From contig OX597822.1 of the NCBI GenBank assembly GCA_951406725.2, positions 3,658,001-3,722,000 of the forward strand: 64,000 nt of DNA, given 5' to 3'. The stretch is from Octopus vulgaris (lineage: Eukaryota). Numbering within the stretch: position 1 is the stretch's first letter; each line of letters opens with the position of its first letter. Under the pieces are notes generated by a model. That model had not been told where the DNA came from and did no database searches. It saw only the letters and a list, made by a program, of their open reading frames with translations. Of this stretch, positions 52,580 through 64,000 are shown one piece after another. The translations under genes and the position numbers were made by a program.

Positions 52580-54200
52580 TGATCGGAGCGGCGGGGGAGA
52601 TAAATGTCTTCATGACGAAATTCCAGACACAGTTACTGAAGACATTCAAATCCCTTCATGGTCATGAACCAATACTCTGGTTATGGTTCACTGATGACGT
52701 ATTTTTCTCTGGGAAGGATCACAAAATAATTTAATGGACTTGTTGCTTTTCTGTGGCTGTTATGCTAAACCCGATGGCTTTGAGTCCAACATAAAATTTA
52801 CATCTAGGTTCTGGACATAAAAGTTAAGTTTTCTGGGGGCAGAATAGTGACAGAGTTATTTTGCGAGCCACGTCATCCCGCATTTATCTCCACCGCCACT
52901 CTGATAATCCACACCATATTATTCGGTCAAATCTGAAATCCCAATTTTTGAGGATAAATCGGATTTGCATGAAATAGGGGATGAATGGAAACATGAAAAT
53001 GCTTTTGTACATCATTATATCAAACGCGGTTACAGTGAATCACGATTAAAGGAAACAGCAAATGAAATAGCTAAGATTAGCAAAGAAAGCCAAACACTCA
53101 CGCATGATTTTGGCAAACACAATATAATAGATGATAGAATTCTTTTAGTGATTAACTGGCACCGAAAGGTTGCTGGCATTTCAAAAATGTTGCATGAAAG
53201 TTACCAGCATGTTGCGAAAAAATATCCTCGTTTCAAACAGATATTCTTCAGCCGCTTAGTGTAGTCTTTAGACGGAATAAGAATATTAGAGAATCATTGA
53301 CCTCTATTTCTGAATCCAAGAAAATGAACATTGGTGTATCTGCACCCTGTAGTATCCGCAAGAGAGGTAAGCCCTGTTCATTGTGCAACAACATGAGTCA
53401 AGTGAATTCCATCAGGAATCATGACGGAAATGTTATGATTTATACAGAAATTGGGACATGTAGAGTTTCCCGTTTGGAGTACGCGGCAGAATGCATGAAA
53501 CACGACTTGATTTATGTTGGTTGTACAACAGAACAATTAAACAAAAAATTTGATGGGCACAGATTCGACGTTAGGCACAATAACAGTAGTTCCACAGAAC
53601 TTGCCAAACATTTCGTTTCAAGCGGCTGCAATTTTGAAGAAGACTTGAAAGTGCATATCCTCAGAAAATATTCTGAATCTGCTTCATTTTCACATCTGAA
53701 AAGCAGGCACAATAACAGTAGTTCCACAGAACTTGCCAAACATTTCGTTTCAAGCGGCTGCAATTTTGAAGAAGACTTGAAAGTGCATATCCTCAGAAAA
53801 TATTCTGAATCTGCTTCATTTTCACATCTGAAAAGCATGAGGAGAAATATGTTTGCGGGTTATTAACATCATGCCCTGGAGGAATGAATAAAATGAAAAG
53901 AGAATATCATCAAATTTATACAAAACTGTTTGATTGAATATTCTTCTTTTCCTTTTCTTTCTTCTTTTTTCATTCCTCTGTTTTTTTTTTTTTTTGCCAT
54001 TTTTTCTGTCGTATTCTTTTCGCTTGTTATAAAATTGAAACTTAAAGACTGGTGATGTAATTCCATCAACCTGTGGACGCAGGTTGCTCTTGCTCATACT
54101 TTCAATATAAATTTCTATAATTCTGAATTTTTATCACCTCTTATTTTGAACTTGACAAAGACAGACTCACTGTCGAAATATCGTTCAACCAACAAAATAT
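52580..54200 (+). mobile_element. Penelope-like element 3' half (RT C-terminus, GIY-YIG, pLTR with hammerhead)
   Basis: LWLWFTDDVFF, YLHRHSDNP, KSQFLRINRIC, KRGYSE, CSLC...GTCRVSRLEYAAECMKHDLIYVGCTTEQLNKKFDGHR...ELAKHF. Confidence 0.9.
54146..54188 (+). ncRNA. Minimal hammerhead ribozyme with U3:A8 core in the PLE 3' region
   Basis: TTGAAC TTGACAA A GACAG-actca-CTGTC GAAA TA TC GTTCAA. Confidence 0.8.
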
Positions 54201-54272
54201 CTATTACAATCGAATCGCGATCTTTGTCTTGACTGTTTACCTTTATGAAGAGTTACGTCAATCCTTTTAAAA

Positions 54273-54470
<198 letters not shown>

Positions 54471-54777
54471 GCTCGATGGTTCTATACAATATCTTAAATC
54501 AAGTCAATATGCAATATTTATTATTTATTGAACTCTGCTATACATCAAAATCTTATTATAAGTGAAAATTGTCTATTATGCATTCGCATCTTATAGTGAA
54601 ACAACATTTCATTGAACACCTAAGACAAAATTTATTGTAATGAAATGGTCAATTCAAAGTGTATGAAATGATTAATAGCCGCAGATGCAGTATTAATATC
54701 AAAAGGTAGTATTTATCTCCCACTTAAAGTGGATATTATGTTAGAACAAAGAACACCGCGTTATTTACCATAAGGCG

Positions 54778-54965
54778 ACCATTTATATGGACTTGTGCTG
54801 CATAAAAGGAGTCCCGTTTATTTCGTTGACGGATCTTAACCATCTGCTACGGCCGCAAGGGCGAAATCAGCTGATCTGTCTTGCCCAGTGGCCGCACTGG
54901 AAGGTTATCGCCCGTCAACCTTATAAACAGGAATCCTTTTATGCACCACGATTCCATATAATGGT
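54778..54965. other. 188-nt imperfect rod-like palindrome
   Basis: Arms pair from ACCAT...ATGGT inwards to the centre ATCAG|CTGAT, via blocks such as TGCATAAAAGGA/TCCTTTTATGCA and GTTGACGG/CCGTCAAC. Confidence 0.85.
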
Positions 54966-55333
54966 AAATCATGTAGTATCCTCTGCCTTTAAGTGGATCA
55001 GATATTTCCAATCTTATTGTTAGTCGTTATTTTGTAATCATTTTCTTAAACTTTGTTATTTGTTTCTTTGGATCTCCCCGTTTTTTACTTTTCTTTTCTT
55101 TCTTTTTTTTTTGGATCTCCTTGATTTATATTTCCTTTAACGATACGAAAATATGTTCCGGCCGATGAACTTCCGATAAACTGAATATTAGCTTTTTTGC
55201 ATACATACATACACACACACATAGATATACATACACATACATACACATAGACACGCATACATACTAATGTATGTATGTGTGTGTGTATTTTTTTTCCTCC
55301 GTCTTCGCTTCCTTGGATCTTTCCTTTTCCTAT

Positions 55334-55369
55334 GTTTCTGACGAAGAGCTCCGCTCGGAACGTTAGAAC
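55334..55369 (+). ncRNA. Minimal hammerhead motif, probably mutated (GGAA for GAAA)
   Basis: GTTT CTGACGA A GAGC-tcc-GCTC GGAA CG TTA GAAC. Confidence 0.6.
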
Positions 55370-55614
55370 CTCGTTCTTTCCTTCTTCCCTTACATATATT
55401 CAGAGAGAGAGAAATTTAGATATATAGGTATAATTATGTGTATGTAATTATATGTGGATATATATATATATGGCTGGATGTATTAATGTGCGTGTGCGTG
55501 TGTGTGTGTGTGTTGGAGTACGTGTATAAATATATATGCACACTATAAATATATATACAAATATATACATAAACACACATGTGTATATAAATATATACTT
55601 ACATACACAGACGT

Positions 55615-55694
<80 letters not shown>

Positions 55695-55707
55695 GTAGGT
55701 AGGTAGG

Positions 55708-55781
<74 letters not shown>

Positions 55782-55790
55782 CATAGATAC

Positions 55791-55849
<59 letters not shown>

Positions 55850-55915
55850 GATAGATATATGGATAGAGATAGATAGATAGAGAGATAGATAGAGAGAGAG
55901 AGAGAGAGAGATAGG

Positions 55916-55980
<65 letters not shown>
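55615..55980. repeat. (TAGA)n compound microsatellite
   Basis: Seen directly. Confidence 0.97.
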
Positions 55981-55982
<2 letters not shown>

Positions 55983-56550
55983 GGAGAGTTTACGAAAAAA
56001 ACAAAAGACGAAGACAGGTGGTGTACAAAACAAACAGATGTATGAGTATAACGCTCAGGAATAGAAAAAGTCTTTACGATTCGAACCAACGCTCTTCTAC
56101 AGAAAGGGACACAGAAAAAACAAGGAGAGAAACAAGGAGAGAGAAAAAGAGGGGTTTTTATGTATATATGTATGTCTGTAGTTTACTTTTCCGCTTAGGT
56201 AAGATCAACATAAAAATTACTCCATCCAGTAAGAGATTTTATTTATGTACATACTATAAAGTCACAAGCTACTAATAGTTCCATGCATTAGATGTTGACT
56301 GCCTAGACAACATCTCGAATGTATGAAACTATTGGTAGCTCGTAACTATATAATCTCTACAATAAACGATTATCTGACTTCCAGAGCTATGGTAGACTCT
56401 CCCATTTCTCAGTCTTGCTCTCGTCACTCTCGTTACGTCAAAACCTATCATACGCACCTCCAAAGACTATCTCAGTGGCGCCTCTCCGAAACATCGGTCA
56501 GCTGGAACTTTTTTTCTAGTCTATGCCTTTCCTGCAGGCGTTGACCTACA

Positions 56551-56970
56551 TACCTATTTCTTTACTACCCGGAAGGGGCTAAACACAGATGAGACAAAGA
56601 AGGACAGACAGACGGGTTAAGTCGATTATATCGACCCCAGTGCGTAACTGGTACTTAATTTATCGACCCCGAAAGTATGAAAGGCAAAGTCGAACTCGGC
56701 GGAATTTGAACTCAGAACGTAACGGCAGACGAAATACCTATTTCTTTACTACCCGGAAGAGGCTAAACACAGATGAGACAAACAAGGACAGACAGACGGG
56801 TTAAGTCGATTATATCGACCCCAGTGCGTAACTGGTACTTAATTTATCGACCCCGAAAGGATGAAAGGCAAAGTCGACCTCGGCGGAATTTGAACTCAGA
56901 ACGTCACGGCAGACGAAATACGACTACACTTTTCGCCCGGCGTGCTAACGTTTCTGCCAGCTCGCCGCCT
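56551..56970 (-). mobile_element. SINE family A with tandem ~185-bp body duplication
   Basis: TACCTATTTCTTTACTACCCGGAAG...CGGCAGACGAAA occurs twice (from 56551 and from ~56736) with a single head at 56930-56970. Confidence 0.92.
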
Positions 56971-57388
56971 TTACCTACATGCGCCTTTACCTACGTTGAC
57001 CTACATACCTTGAACAAGAATATTAATAGCATCAGGTTCCTTGAAATCGAGGATTGTGGTGTCATTATAAACGCGGAAGGGTTTACACATTCGTAAGTCA
57101 AAAGACGAAGCACTCGCACCTAAACACATGCCTATGTCTTTGTGTATATGTATGCGCGTGTGGGTATGTGTTTGTTAGTTACGACACAGATACACAAGGA
57201 ATATATGTAATTCCGGACGTTTGTAAGAAGAGAAAATTGTCTTTATATGTCTCAGTATAAGAGAGGCGTGCTTACTGGATGTGTTTTCGATATATAAAAT
57301 AATCATTTAAGGAGATGACATTGAATAAATGTTGTTCAGAAAGAAAGCTTGCATACAATAAAACCTATTGATTTATATATCACCTTAC

Positions 57389-57396
57389 CTGACGTT
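57389..57396 (-). CDS. Candidate 8-nt microexon AACGTCAG
   Basis: CTAAC branch-point-like motif, TGTTTCAATTAG acceptor and strong donor CAG|GTAAGG. Confidence 0.25.
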
Positions 57397-57444
57397 CTAA
57401 TTGAAACACGTATTGTTAGATGAGGGCTCAGAATAAAGAACACG

Positions 57445-57470
57445 AATAATAATAATAATAATAATAATAA

Positions 57471-57544
<74 letters not shown>

Positions 57545-58000
57545 ACAACAACAACAACAACAACAACAACAATAACAACATAAATTGACGAAATGAAATG
57601 AATAGAAATGTGAAACGGACAAAAAAATCAACAAGAAATTCAATAAGCAATACTGGGATGAGATTTCTTGTCGTCAGAATATCATCAAGATTGATAACAA
57701 CTATAGAGCTTTGTGTCAAAGTGTATAATGCGTTTGAAGAGGAGTAAGAAGATGAGGAGGAGGAGAAGAAGAAGAAGAAGGAGAAGAAGAGGAAGAAGAA
57801 GAAAAAGAAGAAGAAGGAGAAGGAGAGGAAGAAGAGGACGAAGAAGACGAAAAAGAAGAAGAAGAAGAAGAAAAGAAGAAGAAGGAGAGGAAGAAGAAGA
57901 GGGAGAAGGAGAAGAAGAAGGAGGAAAGGGGGAGGAGTATGGGGCGGCGGTTGAGGAGGAGTAGGAGGAGGAGAGTAGCAGCGGGAGCAGCAATAGCAAC
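57445..58000. repeat. (AAT)n(AGT)n(AAC)n and (GAA/GAG)n triplet arrays
   Basis: Seen directly. Confidence 0.9.
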
Positions 58001-58239
58001 CAGGGTTATGGATTCATTTGTTTTACGATCTCATCAGCTATCCTGCTCGGGTCGCAGTTGTCGTTCTTGATTTTGTTGTCATTTAGCTACATGTCACATC
58101 TAATCAATTAGACGACCGATCAAAACAGTTATATGTTTGACTATCCCGACATGGAACTGTATTAACCATTCTATCCCCTCTTTTTCTAGAGATGGTGAGG
58201 TAGAATTTAAGGGACACTTGAGCGAACCGATCAGCAGTA

Positions 58240-58525
58240 TTTCATCCTTTCGGGGTCGATAAATTAAATACCAGTTACGCACTGAGATCGACTTAATCCC
58301 TTTGTGTGTCCTTGTTTGTCCCCTCTGTATTTAGCCACTTGTGGGTAGTAAAGAAATAAGTATTTCGCCTGTCTTTTCGTTCTGAGTTCAAATTCCACCG
58401 ATCTTGACTTTGCCTTTCATCCTTTCGGGATCGATAAATTAAGTACCGGTTGCGTACTGGGGTCGATCTTATCGACTGGCCCCCTTAACCAACAATTTCG
58501 GGCCTTGTGCCTAGAGCAGAAAATA
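58240..58525 (+). mobile_element. SINE family A, headless, 1.5 body units
   Basis: TTTCATCCTTTCGGG(G/A)TCGATAAATTAA occurs twice. Confidence 0.85.
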
Positions 58526-59009
58526 ATCTAAGGGAGATTTGGTAGCTTTTTTTAACCGGTCAGACGATTATATACAATCAACTTCCTTATCTAATACTGT
58601 TTCCTGTCTCCATAAAGATGCGGTTTTCCGAGAGCGGGAAGCTAATTTCTGACTAATCAAGAATTACTGTTTACGAGGACCCCTCAAAAGGAGTCTACCT
58701 CCTCCCAATGTACGTTTTACTATTGCCTGCTTGTAATTTTCTAAACTGCACTGTTTCTATTCCCGCTTTCCAGGGAATTCATTTTTCATTTTAACTATAA
58801 CGACTAAAAATTTTAAAATCATTATAATGTGTAAGAAAGCAGAAACATTAAATACTGTCTGCACATTCTTCTTAACACTTTGGTTTAAAATTCAATCTTC
58901 CAATCACGACTTAACTTAATCTAGACAGGAAAGTTACCCCATCACAGCTGATCACCAGAAATACCCCTCTTGTACAAATATCATTTTATTATCAGTAATA
59001 TTGCTTTCA

Positions 59010-59225
59010 AGGTGACGAGTTGGCATTCTCGTTAGCACGTCGGGCTAAATTCTTAGCGTAATTTCGTTCGTCGCTACGTTCTGTGTTCAAAGTCCGCCGG
59101 GTCGACTTTGCCTTTCATCCTGTCGGGGTCGATAGATTAAGTACCAGTCAAGTACTGGATCGATATAATCGATTATCCCCCTCCCCACAAATTCCAGGCT
59201 TGTACCTATATCAGAAAGGATTATC
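59010..59225 (+). mobile_element. SINE family A
   Basis: AGGTGACGAGTTGGCA...GTCGACTTTGCCTTTCATCCTGTCGGGGTCGATAG. Confidence 0.85.
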
Positions 59226-59454
59226 AGTAATTTTATAATACTACTGTAATCAATGTAATTAATGAATAATTCTTATTGTAGCCAGGAAGCATTTTACAGT
59301 CAACCGCAGGTGCTAATGCTATGCCATTATGCTCCAACGTTGAAACATCTTCGGGATTAGGAGAACCGCTAGAAACACTTGCCGCAGTTTTCCCAAAATT
59401 TCAATAAAGAAGGATACTATAGTTTGGGATATATCTTTGTTCCTTTGTGTTTTA

Positions 59455-59970
59455 CGTATTTCAGTCATTGGACTAAGGAACGCATTAATGGATTTGGTCA
59501 AACAAATTGAAACCGGTACTTATTTTAAAGTCTGGTAAATATCGTATCCGTCTCTTTCGCCACACTGTTGTAAAGAAAACAACACCGGTCATCATGCGTT
59601 CCTGGGAGATAATCACATGCTAAAGCACAGATACAGACAGACTCTCACATATATATACACGTGCGTATATATACGGCAAAAGAAACCGATAGAATAAGTA
59701 CTAGGTTTACAAAGAATAAGTCGTAGTGTCGATTAGTTCGACTAAAAGGTGGTGCTCCAGGGCAGTCAAATAACTTAAACAATTAAGAGTAATGCACACG
59801 CATATACAACAGCCTTCCACACTGTTTCTCTCTACCAAATTCACTCACAATGCAGTGGTCGTTCCGAGACTATAATAGATGGTTCACCCAAGCTGCTCCG
59901 CAGTAGGACCGTAACCGATACTATGTGGTTGCAAAGCGAACTTCTTAACCGCACAGCAACGCCTGCATCT
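59455..59970 (-). mobile_element. Diverged SINE family B with a plus-strand family B 3' piece nested at ~59675-59790
   Basis: Minus-strand head at ~59900-59970 and tail at ~59455-59590; internal CGGCAAAAGAAACCGATAGAATAAGTACT...GGTGCTCCAG in the opposite orientation. Confidence 0.65.
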
Positions 59971-60095
59971 ATAGCATATAAGAAAAGAAGGGTGACCTAC
60001 ACTCAATTTTTTAGAAACTAAATCTGCTTCATTAGTGCTATCATTGGGCTGAGTAGTAAACAAACAGAAGTCGTTTAGGAGATAAAGTCAAAGTT

Positions 60096-60489
60096 GGATG
60101 GAAGCACTCCGTCGGTTACGACGATGAGGGTTCCGGTTGATCCGAATCAACGGAACAGTCTGCTCGTGAAATTAACGTGTAAGTGGCTGAGTACTCCACA
60201 GACACGTGCACCCTTAACGTAGTTCTCTGGGATATTCAGCGTGACACAGCAGAGGGTGACAAGGCAGGCCCCTTGAAATACAGGTACAACAGAAACAGGA
60301 AGTAAGAGTGAGAGAAAGTTGTGGTGAAAGAGTACAGCAGGGATCACCACCATCCCCTGCCGGAGGCCTCGTGGAGCTTTTAGGTGTTTTCGCTCAATAA
60401 ACACTCACAACGCCCGGTCTAGGAATCGAAACCGCGATCCTATGACCGCGAGTCCGCTGCCCTAAACACTAGGCCATTGCGCCTCCACT
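60096..60489 (-). mobile_element. SINE family D, full length, 11-bp TSD
   Basis: Reverse complement of 47305-47693 at high identity; TSD AAGTCAAAGTT at 60085-60095 and 60490-60500. Confidence 0.95.
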
Positions 60490-61108
60490 AAGTCAAAGTT
60501 AGCTACAGTTATACAAGGGATTTGATATTATTATTAACAACAAAAGAAAACTTCGAAGTTCTAATGACAACTATCAACAGGATCATGGAATGAATTCAAT
60601 TGAACGAAAAGATGGCGAAGTAACAGAGTTTGTAGAGTACCAAATGAAATACCTCATGGTATTCGTTACAACCTTCTGTTCACTAAGTTCATATCCCATT
60701 CAGATAAAGTTTGTCTCAAATTTCGTTGGATTAATAACGATAACAACCCAGTATAAAAGGTTGGAGATCCTGTAAGAACGTTGGAAGAGATGTCTTCTCG
60801 TATTTGTTCCACTCCAGACCGGAGCACAATTCTGGATAATACATAATGGGATATGGTTAGTATAACAGATATTTAATAAAGAAATTTATCAATTGTACTA
60901 TACGTCTAAAGTATCAAGTTAAACTTAGTATATGTATATGTTTGACTGCTTTGATATCCACATATATGTGTAAGCAATACATAGAATGGTAGGGAAAAAT
61001 GAAAAAATAGAATGCCAGCAAAAGGAAGCTATAGAAACGTTCGCTATTTCCAAGCAGGAAGCAGACACGTAAACGATATATGCGTATAGAAATAATTGCA
61101 GGAGATTA

Positions 61109-61141
<33 letters not shown>

Positions 61142-62285
61142 AATACATATACATGTGTGTAGACACACATATATGTATGTATGTATGTAGGTATATATAT
61201 ATATCCATACAGTACACATAAATACATGTATATATATACATATATACATATATGTTTACATGTACTTATATGTATGTATATATATATACATACATATACA
61301 CACACCCACATATGTATGTACATAGCATGTGTTTGTATGTGTGTGTGGGCGCGTATTTGTCCTCCTCCATGGTTAATTATTTAAGTTCGTGTTTTAAGAG
61401 AGGATCTGATTTACATCGCTGGAATGTAGATAACAAACAAAGTCACATTCTGAATTTGAGAAAAGTCTTGGGTCCTTCTACTGTTCCGCTCACGGATTGT
61501 ATTTGTAATTTGTACGTAAGATGGTTATCTCTTTTTCTGAATACCCCAGCTTTTTCAATTGTCAATTAAATATTTACAAACAAAACTAAGTGGTCCAATT
61601 CTTATATATATATATATATATAATAGAAATATGTTACAAGAAGAAAATAGAAGCTTCACGTGGAAATGTAAGAAGAAAAATACGCGAAGATGCACATTAG
61701 GAATCAAAAAAAAGATGGGGAATTTTATGAAAATTAACGATAGATATATACAATTAGATGAACTGAGTTAGGAATAAAAGTAATAAAAGTCATTATTGTG
61801 AATTGTTAAAGAGATACAAAAGCATACCGGATTCGTAAAATTACTGATTACTGCATTGAATGTACAGCGATTACCAAACGGTGTCAGGTCTACTAGTTCC
61901 TAAGTAAAAAGATTATGTGTAAGGGAGGTAAGTAGTTCTGGATTTGGTGCAACTATGGTAGATATAGATCTGTAATGTGAATGGTGTATGGGATGTATGG
62001 GAGTTAGTGGTGTTAATTGAAAGGCTTGTAGTGTTCTGTATTATGTTATATGTTCATATTGAGTTGTGGAAGATATTTATAGATGAAAGTTGCCTCTTGA
62101 TTCATTCTGTATTGTACTGAGGTATTCCGTGAACATTGATAGAAGGGGAAATTAGGAAATTAAGATTAAGATATATATATATATATATATATATAATTTG
62201 GATATAGAAGCTGAAGATTTCGAAGCAGTTGTCTGTCTTTCTCTTTGGTATTCGAGGAGATATTCACATCACCAGGACAACTAAC

Positions 62286-62327
62286 CTGTCAGATGGTTAT
62301 GCCAGTACAGACGATACGCCGCTATTC
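62286..62327 (-). CDS. Candidate 42-nt symmetric exon (phase 1-1: G-IAAYRLYWHNHLT)
   Basis: Acceptor CTCATTATTTCTTTTCAG, donor CAG|GTTAGT, length divisible by 3, only one frame open. Confidence 0.45.
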
Positions 62328-62669
62328 CTGAAAAGAAATAATGAGATTTTGATTAACGTTACAATACCTTTGATTATAGAGTAGCTGAAATTGAGCTGGC
62401 CTGGGATTAAAGAAAAACAACAACTTCAATAAAAGAGCCATAAAACCACACAGCTTTCTACTCTGGCAAGACAATAAGAGTAGTAGTTTTATAAAGCAGC
62501 TAGCCATGCAAGAAATAGAAGCCTAGTATCTGCCTATTGATAAAATACCTTCATATTTTTTTTTGATTCCGAAAGAGTAAAAACCAACCAAAAGAAATGA
62601 ATTTATTAAAAAGTTGTTATAAATATAGTACTGACAACGTCACGCACGCGTTTTCGGATAGGATACATA

Positions 62670-62796
62670 ACGAGCACTCCGGCGGTTACAACGACTAGGA
62701 TTCCAGTTGATCCGATCTACGGAACAACCTGTTCGTAAAATTAACGTACAATTGGTTGGGCACAACTGAAACATGTGCACCCTTAACGTAGTTCTC
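62670..62796 (-). mobile_element. SINE family D 3' fragment truncated by the inverted duplication
   Basis: AGCACTCCGGCGGTTACAACGA...GTGCACCCTTAACGTAGTTCTC matches 60103-60227. Confidence 0.8.
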
Positions 62797-63127
62797 AGCA
62801 GTCAAACATACACACATACTAAGTTTAACTTCATACTTTAGACGAATAGTACAATTGATAAATTTCTTTATTAAATATCTGTTATACTAACCATATCCCA
62901 TTATGTATTATCCAGAATTGTGCTCAGATCTGGAGTGGAACAAATACGAGAAGGCATCTCTTCCAACGTTCTTACAGGATCTCCAACCTTTTATACTGGG
63001 TTGTTATCGTTATTAATCCAACGAAATTTGAGACAAACTTTATCTGAGTGGGATATGAACTTAGCATGTGCATTGCAGATAAAATGCACAACATATACAT
63101 GTATGTATGTATGTATGTATGTATGTA

Positions 63128-64000
63128 TCAGGTCATCCCATAAGTTCCGTCCGAATTTTGAATAAAGAAAACAAATGATCAAATGTTATATTTAATTGAA
63201 ATTTAATTATCAATGTACTTTCCCTGATTATCTATGACTTCCCTCCATCTATTTACAAGCTTTTTAATCCCATCAATGTAAAACTCTTTTGGTTTCCAAG
63301 CCAAGAACTATGAAATGTCAGTTTCGACTTCCTCCTGGCTTGCGAAAGTTATGTCCCCCAAATGATTCTGTAAACTATGAAACAAATGGTAGTCTGGAGG
63401 AGCAAGGTCGGGAGAATAAGGTGGATGAGGAATTTTTTCCCAACCAAGCTCTTCGATCTTCAGTGATGGGGTCGCGCATTGTACTGATGAAACATCACTC
63501 CTTTTCGATTCACTAAAGAGGGTCTTTTTTTTTCTTTAAAGCTTGGTTCAAACGCTCTAATTACGGACAGTAGACTTTCGCATTGATTGTTGCATTAGGT
63601 GGTAACAATTCAAAGTGAATTACTCCTTTGCAATCCCACCAGATAGAGAGAAGAACCTTTTTTCCATGAAGTTCCCTTCTCGGTTGTGCTTAAACTTTTT
63701 TTCCCTTTTACCAAGCCACTGTTTACGACGTTTAACATTTCGATAGGGGATCCATTTTTCCTCACCAGTTACAAGTCTGTCCAAAAAAGATGAAATGAGT
63801 TCGCGGGAATGGAGAGAAGAGCAGATGTCAACTCAGGATATGCGGTTGCTTTCGGACAATTCATGAGGCACCCATTTTCCAAGTTTAGGAACCTTTCCAA
63901 GTTGTTGAAGATGACGATGAACAGTCGTATGGTTTGAACTATGCTTTATTGCCAATTCTTCAACTGATAATGCAGGATTTTCTTCAAGTAATGCCTCAAG
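63128..64000 (-). mobile_element. Mariner (DD34D-type) transposon, degraded, runs off the window
   Basis: HRHLQQLGKVPKLGKWVPHELSESN, FLDRLVTGEEKWI, PHPPYSPDLAPPDYHLF; TIR-like end TCAGGTCATCCCATAAGTTCCGTCC after TA. Confidence 0.92.

Larger units (their letters stand above)
60683..63064. repeat. 268-bp inverted repeat (60683-60950 / 62797-63064) with ~1.85-kb spacer
   Basis: Manual alignment of the arms gives about 8 substitutions and no indels. Confidence 0.95.

Noticed and set aside
57655-57690. Minus-strand CTGACGA-CAA-GAAA-TC-TC
   Set aside because: No stem II and poor stem I; likely chance.
60683-63064. Long-TIR DNA transposon interpretation of the inverted repeat
   Set aside because: No TSD, no transposase in the spacer, and the left arm starts in the middle of an older repeat remnant.

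Overview
AT-rich, repeat-dominated eukaryotic DNA with no recognisable intact host gene. The dense (TA)n/(TG)n/(TAGA)n/(TACA)n/(TAA)n microsatellites and the tRNA-derived SINE families suggest an octopus (coleoid cephalopod) genome; this is recognition from memory, not a database result. Most ORFs in the supplied track are microsatellite artefacts. Real coding remnants all come from transposons: three Penelope-like elements (PLEs; the best keeps a 383-aa RT frame with YLDD), RTE, Tx1/L1-type and R4/Dong-type LINE fragments, and several Tc1/mariner remnants. There is also a non-autonomous Helitron, several MITEs/foldbacks and more than 20 SINE copies. The most interesting unannotated signal is a set of 6-7 type I hammerhead ribozyme motifs. 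Two belong to one ~200-bp non-coding family and show compensatory base changes, one has the U3:A8 core variant at a PLE 3' end, and one variant sits in a near-perfect 75-bp inverted repeat. Also notable are a 188-nt rod-like hairpin, a 268-bp inverted duplication enclosing a candidate 42-nt exon, and a low-confidence chain of small, frame-compatible minus-strand exons (including an 8-nt microexon), which would make the window mostly intronic. Boundaries of degraded elements are approximate.
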